Origin: Bilabrum cf. latius
Taxonomy: Eukaryota
DNA length: 64,000 bases
Reading direction: 5' to 3'
NCBI GenBank assembly: GCA_965178125.1
Contig: OZ237748.1
Location: forward strand, 1-64,000
Positions 11,595 to 23,029 of this stretch are shown here, in pieces. Below the pieces are notes generated by a model. The model made no database searches. It saw nothing but the letters and a program-made list of their open reading frames with translations, and had not been told where the DNA came from. The position numbers and the translations under genes are program-made. Numbering within the stretch: position 1 is the stretch's first letter; each line of letters opens with the position of its first letter.

Positions 11595-12346
11595 TCTTCA
11601 GGGCAGTCCCAATGATGCGTCCCGTCCCCAGCTCCTGGACTCGGCCTTCGGCGGCACGCCCGTCATCCTCTCACGCGGCTGCCCGCGCACCCTCCCAGCA
11701 CTTAGTCCTTGAGTCGGGCGGGAGCGCGGGTGCGTGCTTCGAGGCAGCGCGTGCCCCCGGGGCGAGAAGGAGCAGGCCAATGACGAGGAGCAGCATCCCG
11801 GGACAGGTGTCTCTGTAGATCCGATCGTCGAGTGTGGAGGTGTGTGTGGCAACACGATGAACCTGATGTCCCAGATCCGCAATGAGGTGGGGCAGGCAGT
11901 GCATGGGGAGCGCAAGCTCCTCGTGCACGCGCTTCATGCCGGCTCGCTGCCATCGGCCGCTGACTTGATCCCCGGGCTCGCGCACTTGTCGCGGCCCGTG
12001 CTGTCTCAGTCACGGACGGGCGAGCTGGATGGAGCACCTGCCCGACGGGGAGACAACCCCCTATTCTCGCGGGCGAAACACAGCAGGGCACACCTCCTTG
12101 GCAAACCCAATTTGCACGACGCGGTTTGGTCCAGACTCGCCGGGTGGGCGTCCATCCCGTGCAGCCCCCTGGGTGCTCGTCACCCACGGGCCGCACTGCC
12201 GAGGAGACCGCGGCCGAGATTCATTGCAAACCAAGCAGACACACATAATCATACACCAAATATGCATTGCCAATCACTTGCACCTCTTGCCGACTGCTTG
12301 CATCCTTGCAACTGGCCCAGATCCGCCTCAGTGCGATCTTGCGACC
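11595..12346. repeat. ~750-bp subtelomeric duplicated block, copy A (copy B at 22272-23029)
   Basis: Colinear and highly similar to 22272-23029. Both give the matching spurious or degenerate [18 protein letters not shown]...HCQSLA. Confidence 0.9.
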
Positions 12347-12446
12347 ACTTCGACACTGCGCGGCACCGCCGTCTTTGCGGAACATGTCAACTTCTGCGGA
12401 ACATGTCAACTTTCGCGGCGCCTTACCCTTCCCTGAGATGGTACTG

Positions 12447-13178
12447 TAACCCTAACCCTAACCCTAACCCTAACCCTAACCCTAACCCTAACCCTAACCC
12501 TAACCCTAACCCTAACCCTAACCCTAACCCTAACCCTAACCCTAACCCTAACCCTAACCCTAACCCTAACCCTAACCCTAACCCTAACCCTAACCCTAAC
12601 CCTAACCCTAACCCTAACCCTAACCCTAACCCTAACCCTAACCCTAACCCTAACCCTAACCCTAACCCTAACCCTAACCCTAACCCTAACCCTAACCCTA
12701 ACCCTAACCCTAACCCTAACCCTAACCCTAACCCTAACCCTAACCCTAACCCTAACCCTAACCCTAACCCTAACCCTAACCCTAACCCTAACCCTAACCC
12801 TAACCCTAACCCTAACCCTAACCCTAACCCTAACCCTAACCCTAACCCTAACCCTAACCCTAACCCTAACCCTAACCCTAACCCTAACCCTAACCCTAAC
12901 CCTAACCCTAACCCTAACCCTAACCCTAACCCTAACCCTAACCCTAACCCTAACCCTAACCCTAACCCTAACCCTAACCCTAACCCTAACCCTAACCCTA
13001 ACCCTAACCCTAACCCTAACCCTAACCCTAACCCTAACCCTAACCCTAACCCTAACCCTAACCCTAACCCTAACCCTAACCCTAACCCTAACCCTAACCC
13101 TAACCCTAACCCTAACCCTAACCCTAACCCTAACCCTAACCCTAACCCTAACCCTACCCTAACCCTAACCCTAACCCT
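12447..13178. repeat. Internal telomeric tract T2, (CCCTAA)n, about 120 units
   Basis: Hexamer array in the same orientation as T1. Confidence 0.98.
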
Positions 13179-13184
13179 TCAGGC

Positions 13185-14651
13185 GTGACGACGTCTCCAC
13201 CAAAGCAGGTCCTGCTGATTTCCCTCGTGGGCCTCCACCAAGACTGCGGGCTGCTCTGCGGGTCTTCGGAGCACTACAACGGGACCAAGAAGGCGGGCAT
13301 CACGGCCTGCGTGGATGCCATGCTGGCGATGGATGAGTCCAAGCTGCCGTCTGGGGTGCTCACGGCGCTGGACCGCCGCCTGTACCCGGCCGCATCAACC
13401 AGCTCCGGCTCGCCAGGCTTCCGCAAGATGAAGCAGCTGCTCATGGGCCTGCGCGACAGCGGCTACTCGGTGACCAAGCACCCCTGGTTTACGGCAGGCA
13501 TGGACAGCCTACGGAAGACCTACAAGGACACGGTCAAATTCATCTGCGACTATGGAGCTGGGACAGCTTCTGTGCGTGCTCGTGGCGGCATGGAGGCTGT
13601 GTTCCAAGTCGTGTTTGACGGGCCGGTCGTGGACTCTGCCGGAGCAGCAGCAGGAGATCGTGGCGGCACTTCACGTGCTGCTGTTCTCGCACCAAGTGGG
13701 CCATCCCGTGCTCGGAAGGGTAAGCGGGCTACTATGGACGACGACGATGACGACGAGGATGGCGCGGACTACAGTGCCTTCACGGCCCGCATGAAACAGG
13801 GACAGAAACAGGGACAGCATGATCCGGACGACTCAGAGTTCAGCGTGTCCAGCGACTCATAGACCGATCGGCTGAACAACGAGCTACTCGGCCCCAAGCG
13901 AGCGGCGGAGGCCGAGAGAAAGGCCAAGGCAAAGGCCAAGCTCAGGGCCAGGACCAAGGCCGCGGGCAAGTCGAAGGGCAAGTCGAAGGGCAAGTCGAAG
14001 GGCAAGGGTGCCCGATCGGCAGAGCCGAAGAGCAGGCATGCTGAAGCCGCGCCTCCGGCTAAGATGCAGCCCAAGCGATTGCCCGTCCTCCAGCCGGGCT
14101 ATGGCGGAGGAGCTCGCCGCGCCAATGACCAGGAGAAGAGGGGAGCAAGTGGCGCAAGGAGTGGAGCAGCAGCATCACTGCCTCGACAGGACTCTGAAGA
14201 AGATGAAGAGGAGATCGGTGGTCGGTACCACGCAGACGCAGCCAGAGAGCAGGACGAGGATGAAGCTCCGATAGGGCTCGTGCAGCAGGACGAGGAGGAT
14301 CAGGACGAGCTGGATGAGGAGGAAGAGAACGAGGCCCAGAACCAGCAAGACGACTCTGAGAACGACGGTGGAGTGGAGGACAACGGCTTCACCGACTAGC
14401 AGCGGCACCTGGTGGACCGCATCCTCGCTGCCTGCGATGACATCGCGCTGGGCGTCAGCCGGACTCTCGACGACATGGTCGAGGACGTGGAGGAAACAAT
14501 TCAAGAGAGGGACCACGGAATTGGCACGTTCGCTGACCTGATGACGGCCCTCGAGAAGACGGCGGAAGGAGATCTCAATGCGGAAGCCGTGGACGCTGTG
14601 GAGGCGCTCCTGGCAGCTGTCGGTGCGGAACCCTCCTCCGATGACGAGTGA
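13185..14651 (+). CDS. ~488-codon ORF with basic then acidic low-complexity segments; apparently 5'-truncated at telomere tract T2 (TAG read as Gln)
   Basis: Pieces 13185-13862, 14064-14399 and 14412-14651 share a frame, are joined by 2 TAG and end in TGA. GC3-rich codon usage begins immediately after the tract. Confidence 0.75.
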
Positions 14652-14891
14652 AAAGCAGCCAATCGGATGGCAATTGAGGTCAGTGGCAACTGGGCCAGCT
14701 TGTGAGAGGGGCTTGCCAAAGTTCCGGCCAGTGACCCGTTAGGACAGGCGGTAGGAGCCAGGAGGCATTCAATTTAGTCTTGACTATAAGCCAACAGCTA
14801 CCTGCTATCAATGCAATCAAACAACATAATTGTATCCATCACATCTACATTAAAAAATGCATATCATACAGACATGTCCCCAACACTTAAA

Positions 14892-17502
14892 CATATCGGC
14901 GCCGCGCGAGTAAAACGGAATCTGAGGTACAAATGGATCATGCTATGCCCCTGCCCCTTCCAAATGCAGTTTGAATCATCTTCATATCTGCCGTGGTTGC
15001 CGAGATCTCAATTCCGAATTTTGGCCTTTGAAAATCTTCAATTGACCATATCGGCGCCGCGCGAGTAAAACGGAATCTGAGGTACAAATGGATCATGCTA
15101 TGCCCCTGCCCCTTCCAAATGCAGTTTGAATCATCTTCATATCTGCCGTGGTTGCCGAGATCTCAATTCCGAATTTTGGCCTTTGAAAATCTTCAATTGA
15201 CCATATCGGCGCCGCGCGAGTAAAACGGAATCTGAGGTACAAATGGATCATGCTATGCCCCTGCCCCTTCCAAATGCAGTTTGAATCATCTTCATATCTG
15301 CCGTGGTTGCCGAGATCTCAATTCCGAATTTTGGCCTTTGAAAATCTTCAATTGACCATATCGGCGCCGCGCGAGTAAAACGGAATCTGAGGTACAAATG
15401 GATCATGCTATGCCCCTGCCCCTTCCAAATGCAGTTTGAATCATCTTCATATCTGCCGTGGTTGCCGAGATCTCAATTCCGAATTTTGGCCTTTGAAAAT
15501 CTTCAATTGACCATATCGGCGCCGCGCGAGTAAAACGGAATCTGAGGTACAAATGGATCATGCTATGCCCCTGCCCCTTCCAAATGCAGTTTGAATCATC
15601 TTCATATCTGCCGTGGTTGCCGAGATCTCAATTCCGAATTTTGGCCTTTGAAAATCTTCAATTGACCATATCGGCGCCGCGCGAGTAAAACGGAATCTGA
15701 GGTACAAATGGATCATGCTATGCCCCTGCCCCTTCCAAATGCAGTTTGAATCATCTTCATATCTGCCGTGGTTGCCGAGATCTCAATTCCGAATTTTGGC
15801 CTTTGAAAATCTTCAATTGACCATATCGGCGCCGCGCGAGTAAAACGGAATCTGAGGTACAAATGGATCATGCTATGCCCCTGCCCCTTCCAAATGCAGT
15901 TTGAATCATCTTCATATCTGCCGTGGTTGCCGAGATCTCAATTCCGAATTTTGGCCTTTGAAAATCTTCAATTGACCATATCGGCGCCGCGCGAGTAAAA
16001 CGGAATCTGAGGTACAAATGGATCATGCTATGCCCCTGCCCCTTCCAAATGCAGTTTGAATCATCTTCATATCTGCCGTGGTTGCCGAGATCTCAATTCC
16101 GAATTTTGGCCTTTGAAAATCTTCAATTGACCATATCGGCGCCGCGCGAGTAAAACGGAATCTGAGGTACAAATGGATCATGCTATGCCCCTGCCCCTTC
16201 CAAATGCAGTTTGAATCATCTTCATATCTGCCGTGGTTGCCGAGATCTCAATTCCGAATTTTGGCCTTTGAAAATCTTCAATTGACCATATCGGCGCCGC
16301 GCGAGTAAAACGGAATCTGAGGTACAAATGGATCATGCTATGCCCCTGCCCCTTCCAAATGCAGTTTGAATCATCTTCATATCTGCCGTGGTTGCCGAGA
16401 TCTCAATTCCGAATTTTGGCCTTTGAAAATCTTCAATTGACCATATCGGCGCCGCGCGAGTAAAACGGAATCTGAGGTACAAATGGATCATGCTATGCCC
16501 CTGCCCCTTCCAAATGCAGTTTGAATCATCTTCATATCTGCCGTGGTTGCCGAGATCTCAATTCCGAATTTTGGCCTTTGAAAATCTTCAATTGACCATA
16601 TCGGCGCCGCGCGAGTAAAACGGAATCTGAGGTACAAATGGATCATGCTATGCCCCTGCCCCTTCCAAATGCAGTTTGAATCATCTTCATATCTGCCGTG
16701 GTTGCCGAGATCTCAATTCCGAATTTTGGCCTTTGAAAATCTTCAATTGACCATATCGGCGCCGCGCGAGTAAAACGGAATCTGAGGTACAAATGGATCA
16801 TGCTATGCCCCTGCCCCTTCCAAATGCAGTTTGAATCATCTTCATATCTGCCGTGGTTGCCGAGATCTCAATTCCGAATTTTGGCCTTTGAAAATCTTCA
16901 ATTGACCATATCGGCGCCGCGCGAGTAAAACGGAATCTGAGGTACAAATGGATCATGCTATGCCCCTGCCCCTTCCAAATGCAGTTTGAATCATCTTCAT
17001 ATCTGCCGTGGTTGCCGAGATCTCAATTCCGAATTTTGGCCTTTGAAAATCTTCAATTGACCATATCGGCGCCGCGCGAGTAAAACGGAATCTGAGGTAC
17101 AAATGGATCATGCTATGCCCCTGCCCCTTCCAAATGCAGTTTGAATCATCTTCATATCTGCCGTGGTTGCCGAGATCTCAATTCCGAATTTTGGCCTTTG
17201 AAAATCTTCAATTGACCATATCGGCGCCGCGCGAGTAAAACGGAATCTGAGGTACAAATGGATCATGCTATGCCCCTGCCCCTTCCAAATGCAGTTTGAA
17301 TCATCTTCATATCTGCCGTGGTTGCCGAGATCTCAATTCCGAATTTTGGCCTTTGAAAATCTTCAATTGACCATATCGGCGCCGCGCGAGTAAAACGGAA
17401 TCTGAGGTACAAATGGATCATGCTATGCCCCTGCCCCTTCCAAATGCAGTTTGAATCATCTTCATATCTGCCGTGGTTGCCGAGATCTCAATTCCAAATT
17501 TT
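14892..17502. repeat. 155-bp satellite, family A, about 17 essentially identical copies
   Basis: CATATCGGCGCCGCGCGAG recurs every 155 bp from 14892 to 17372. Confidence 0.98.
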
Positions 17503-17565
17503 AATGCAAAAAATGAAGATGAAATTTTTTTTTCCCCGACCCTGTCCCTGACTTTAAATTAGATA

Positions 17566-17754
17566 CCCTAACCCTAACCCTAACCCTAACCCTAACCCTA
17601 ACCCTAACCCTAACCCTAACCCTAACCCTAACCCTAACCCTAACCCTAACCCTAACCCTAACCCTAACCCTAACCCTAACCCTAACCCTAACCCTAACCC
17701 TAACCCTAACCCTAACCCTAACCCTAACCCTAACCCTAACCCTAACCCTAACCC
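17566..17754. repeat. Internal telomeric tract T3, about 31 units
   Basis: (CCCTAA)n array. Confidence 0.98.
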
Positions 17755-18183
17755 CGCGCGACCAAAACGGAACCTGGGGAACATTTGCCCCATGTTGTGC
17801 CCCCAGGCCGTCCCAATGCCGTTTCAACGGTCTTCATATCTCCTGTGGTTGCCGAGATCCTATGTCGTATTTTTGCAGCATGTAAATCTTCATCGAGCCA
17901 TATCGGCGCCGCGCGACCAAAACGGAACCTGGGGAACATTTGCCCCATGTTCGGCCCCCAGGCCGTCCCAATGCCGTTTCAACGGTCTTCATATCTCCTG
18001 TGGTAGCCGAGATCCTATGTCGTATTTTTGCAGCATGTAAATCTTCATCGAGCCATATCGGCGCCGCGCGACCAAAACGGAACCTGGGGAACATTTGCCC
18101 CATGTTGTGCACCCAGGCCGACCCAATGCCGTTTCAACGGTCTTCATATCTCCTGTGGTTGCCGAGATCCTATGTCGTATTTT
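17755..18183. repeat. 155-bp satellite, family B (diverged relative of A), about 2.8 copies
   Basis: CGCGCGACCAAAACGGAACC occurs at 17755, 17910 and 18065. It shares CATATCGGCGCCGCGCGA, AAAACGGAA, TCTTCATATCT and GTGGTTGCCGAGATC with family A. Confidence 0.95.
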
Positions 18184-18247
18184 TTCGACAAATATTGAAG
18201 ATGAAAATATTTTTTCCCCGACCCTGTCCCTGACTTTATATTAGATA

Positions 18248-19253
18248 CCCTAACCCTAACCCTAACCCTAACCCTAACCCTAACCCTAACCCTAACCCTA
18301 ACCCTAACCCTAACCCTAACCCTAACCCTAACCCTAACCCTAACCCTAACCCTAACCCTAACCCTAACCCTAACCCTAACCCTAACCCTAACCCTAACCC
18401 TAACCCTAACCCTAACCCTAACCCTAACCCTAACCCTAACCCTAACCCTAACCCTAACCCTAACCCTAACCCTAACCCTAACCCTAACCCTAACCCTAAC
18501 CCTAACCCTAACCCTAACCCTAACCCTAACCCTAACCCTAACCCTAACCCTAACCCTAACCCTAACCCTAACCCTAACCCTAACCCTAACCCTAACCCTA
18601 ACCCTAACCCTAACCCTAACCCTAACCCTAACCCTAACCCTAACCCTAACCCTAACCCTAACCCTAACCCTAACCCTAACCCTAACCCTAACCCTAACCC
18701 TAACCCTAACCCTAACCCTAACCCTAACCCTAACCCTAACCCTAACCCTAACCCTAACCCTAACCCTAACCCTAACCCTAACCCTAACCCTAACCCTAAC
18801 CCTAACCCTAACCCTAACCCTAACCCTAACCCTAACCCTAACCCTAACCCTAACCCTAACCCTAACCCTAACCCTAACCCTAACCCTAACCCTAACCCTA
18901 ACCCTAACCCTAACCCTAACCCTAACCCTAACCCTAACCCTAACCCTAACCCTAACCCTAACCCTAACCCTAACCCTAACCCTAACCCTAACCCTAACCC
19001 TAACCCTAACCCTAACCCTAACCCTAACCCTAACCCTAACCCTAACCCTAACCCTAACCCTAACCCTAACCCTAACCCCTAACCCTAACCCTAACCCTAA
19101 CCCTAACCCTAACCCTAACCCTAACCCTAACCCTAACCCTAACCCTAACCCTAACCCTAACCCTAACCCTAACCCTAACCCTAACCCTAACCCTAACCCT
19201 AACCCTAACCCTAACCCTAACCCTAACCCTAACCCTAACCCTAACCCTAACCC
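18248..19253. repeat. Internal telomeric tract T4, about 168 units
   Basis: (CCCTAA)n array with a degenerate end, CCTTACCTAAAAAAACCCTAG. Confidence 0.98.
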
Positions 19254-19298
19254 TTACCTAAAAAAACCCTAGCACATGCTTTGAATGGCCAACTCTTT

Positions 19299-20805
19299 GC
19301 CGGAACACATGCAATCGCTGCGTTTCAAGTGTCTAATCGTATGTACACATCGCGGGGCACACAATGGTGTCTATACATATCGACTCCGGATCCACCCCAT
19401 GGCGGCACACGGCCCTGACGGATTTCACTGACCCTGCGGAACCGCGGCGCCGCGGTACCTGACACCACCTGATGTGTGTTCCCCGGGTGGCATGGACCCC
19501 GATACATCTGCTGCATCGAGAACCAAACATCAAACGCTCATCTGTAGACCTGGACACGCCCGAACGCATAGGTCGGATCTCCGACTGATTTTGGAGATCC
19601 GACCTGCGCAAAATGGTCGGATGTCCTCCATATCTCGGCCGGAACACCTGCAATCGCTGCGTTTCAAGTGTCTAATCGTATGTACACATCGCGGGGCACA
19701 CAATGGTGTCTATGCATATCGACTCCGGATCCACCCCATGGCGGCACACGGCCCTGACGGATTTCACTGACCCTGCGGAACCGCGGCGCCGCGGTACCTG
19801 ACACCACCTGATGTGTGTTCCCCGGGTGGCATGGACCCCGATACATCTGCTGCATCGAAAACCAAACATCAAACGCTCATCTGTAGACCTGGACACGCCC
19901 GAACGCATAGGTCGGATCTCCGACTGATTTTGGAGATCCGACCTGCGCAAAATGGTCGGATGTCCTCCATATCTCGGCCGGAACACATGCAATCGCTGCG
20001 TTTCAAGTGTCGAATCGTATGTACACATCGCGGGGCACACAATGGTGTCTATACATATCGACTCCGGATCCACCCCATGGCGGGACATGGCCCTGACGGA
20101 TTTCACTGACCCTGCGGAACCGCGGCGCCGCGGTACCTGACACCACCTGGTGTGTGTTCCCCGGGTGGCATGGACCCCGATACATCTGCTGCATCGAAAA
20201 CCAAACATCAAACGCTCATCTGTAGACCTGGACACGCCCGAACGCATAGGTCGGATCTCCGACTGATTTTGGAGATCCGACCTGCGCAAAATGGTCGGAT
20301 GTCCTCCATATCTCGGCCGGAACACCTGCAATCGCTGCGTTTCAAGTGTCTAATCGTATGTACACATCGCGGGGCACACAATGGTGTCTATACATATCGA
20401 CTCCGGATCCACCCCATGGCGGGACACGGCCCTGACGGATTTCACTGACCCTGCGGAACCGCGGCGCCGCGGTACCTGACACCACCTGGTGTGTGTTCCC
20501 CGGGTGGCATGGACCCCGATACATCTGCTGCATCGAAAACCAAACATCAAACGCTCATCTGTAGACCTGCCCGAACGCATAGGTCGGATCTCCGACTGAT
20601 TTTGGAGATCCGACCTGCGCAAAATGGTCGGATGTCCTCCATATCTCGGCCGGAACACATGCAATCGCTGCGTTTCAAGTGTCTAATCGTATGTACACAT
20701 CGCGGGGCACACAATGGTGTCTATACATATCGACTCCGGATCCACCCCATGGCGGCACACGGCCCTGACGGATTTCACTGACCCTGCGGAACCGCGGCGC
20801 CGCGG
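19299..20805. repeat. 339-bp tandem repeat, about 4.5 copies, each full unit with a 13-bp perfect hairpin
   Basis: CGGAACAC occurs at 19301, 19640, 19979, 20318 and 20651; the fourth unit has a 6-bp deletion. The hairpin is AGGTCGGATCTCC-N10-GGAGATCCGACCT. Confidence 0.95.
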
Positions 20806-20942
20806 AGAGTTATGACCCGATTCGGAGTTGTAACCTAGGTTTCAAAGCATGCCCAATCAGAATATATTGATCTTGTTCCCTGAGCCGCGCTTGCGTAAAA
20901 GCCGAAAATGGCCAACCCTAAGTATAAGTTGACCCCCTGATA

Positions 20943-21649
20943 CCCTAACCCTAACCCTAACCCTAACCCTAACCCTAACCCTAACCCTAACCCTAACCCT
21001 AACCCTAACCCTAACCCTAACCCTAACCCTAACCCTAACCCTAACCCTAACCCTAACCCTAACCCTAACCCTAACCCTAACCCTAACCCTAACCCTAACC
21101 CTAACCCTAACCCTAACCCTAACCCTAACCCTAACCCTAACCCTAACCCTAACCCTAACCCTAACCCTAACCCTAACCCTAACCCTAACCCTAACCCTAA
21201 CCCTAACCCTAACCCTAACCCTAACCCTAACCCTAACCCTAACCCTAACCCTAACCCTAACCCTAACCCTAACCCTAACCCTAACCCTAACCCTAACCCT
21301 AACCCTAACCCTAACCCTAACCCTAACCCTAACCCTAACCCTAACCCTAACCCTAACCCTAACCCTAACCCTAACCCTAACCCTAACCCTAACCCTAACC
21401 CTAACCCTAACCCTAACCCTAACCCTAACCCTAACCCTAACCCTAACCCTAACCCTAACCCTAACCCTAACCCTAACCCTAACCCTAACCCTAACCCTAA
21501 CCCTAACCCTAACCCTAACCCTAACCCTAACCCTAACCCTAACCCTAACCCTAACCCTAACCCTAACCCTAACCCTAACCCTAACCCTAACCCTAACCCT
21601 AACCCTAACCCTAACCCTAACCCTAACCCTAACCCTAACCCTAACCTAA
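20943..21649. repeat. Internal telomeric tract T5 (innermost), about 117 units
   Basis: (CCCTAA)n array ending CCTAAAAACC. Confidence 0.98.
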
Positions 21650-21653
21650 AAAC

Positions 21654-22241
21654 CAAGCAGGCGGAGTGTGCGGGCGATAGATCGGGCCATGGTGCCTGTG
21701 CTGGGGCAAGCAGGCTGGGTATGCGGGCGATGGATGGGGCCGTGGTGCCTGTGCTGGGGCAAGCAGGCTGAGTATGCGGGCGATAGATCGGGCCATGGTG
21801 CCTGTGCTGGGGCAAGCAGGCTGGGTATGCGGGCAATGGATGGGGCCATGGTGCCTGTGCTGGGGCAAGCAGGCTGGGTGTGCGGGCGATGGATGGGGCC
21901 ATGGTGCCTGTGCTTGGGCAAGCAGGCTGGGTATGCGGGCGATGGATGGGGCCATGGTGCCTGTGCTGGGGCAAGCAGGCTGAGTGTACGGGCGATGGAT
22001 GAGGCCATGGTGCCTGTGCTGGGGCAAGCAGGCTGAGTGTGCGGGCGATGGATGGGGCCATGGTGCCTGTGCTGGGGCAAGCAGGCTGAGTGTGCGGGCG
22101 ATGGATGGGGCCATGGTGCCTGTGCTGGGGCAAGCAGGCTGAGTGTGCGGGCGATGGATGGGGCCATGGTGCCTGTGCTGGGGCAAGCAGGCTGGGTATG
22201 CGGGCAATGGATGGGGCCATGGTGCCTGTGCTTGGGCAAGC
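21654..22241. repeat. 53-bp G-rich telomere-adjacent minisatellite, about 11 copies
   Basis: Unit GCAAGCAGGCTGGGTATGCGGGCGATGGATGGGGCCATGGTGCCTGTGCTGGG, with minor variants. Confidence 0.95.
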
Positions 22242-22271
22242 ACGTTGTGCAGTTTAGGATTTCCTGTGGTA

Positions 22272-23029
22272 TCTTCAGCGCAGTCCCAGCGATGAGTCCC
22301 GTCCCTTGCTCCTGGACCTGACCCCCGGCAGCAGGTCCGTCATCCTCTCACGCGGCTGCCCGCGCACCCTCCCAGCACTCAGTCCTTGAGTCGGGCGGGA
22401 GCGCGGGTGCGTGCTTCGAGGCAGCGCGTGCCCCCGAGGCGAGAAGGAGCAGGCCAATGACGAGGAGCAGCATCCCGGGACAGGTGTCTTTGCAGATCCG
22501 ATCGTCGAGTGTGGAGGTGTGTGTGTGTGTGGCAACACGATGAACCTGATGTCCCAGTTCCGCAATGAGGTGGGGCAGGTAGTGCATGGGGAGCGCAAGC
22601 TCCTCGTGCACGCGCTTCATGCCGGCTCGCTGCCATCGGCCGCTGACGTGATCCCCCGGCTCGCACACTTGCTGCGGCCGGTGCTGTCTCAGTCACGGAC
22701 GGGCGAGCTGGTTGGAGTACCTGCCCGAAGGCGAGACAACCCCCTATTCTCGCGGGCGAAATACAGCAGGACACACCTCCTTAGCAAACCCAATTTGCAC
22801 GACGCGATTTGGTCCAGACTCGCCGGGTTGGCGTCCATCCCGTGCAGCCCCCTGGGTGCTCGTCATCCACGGGCCGCACTGCCGAGGAGACCGAGGCCGA
22901 GATTCATTGCAAACCAAGCAGACACGCATAATCACACACCAAATATGCATTGCCAATCACTTGCACTTCTTGTCAACTGCTTGCACCGCTGCGAACGCGC
23001 CAGAGCTGCCTTTGTTCGATCTTGCGACC
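22272..23029. repeat. ~750-bp subtelomeric duplicated block, copy B
   Basis: Direct-orientation paralog of 11595-12346, with a longer (GT)n run near 22517. Confidence 0.9.

Noticed and set aside
4543-20781. Short ORFs recurring within the 326-, 155- and 339-bp repeats
   Set aside because: They recur only because the DNA unit repeats, and they show no domain or codon-bias support.
4404-21649. Autonomous telomeric retrotransposon or Y'-type helicase
   Set aside because: I could not recognise RT, endonuclease or helicase motifs in either long ORF, so no mobile_element feature was called.
14892-22241. CRISPR-like appearance of the regular arrays
   Set aside because: Whole units are repeated with no unique spacers, there are no cas genes and the context is eukaryotic.
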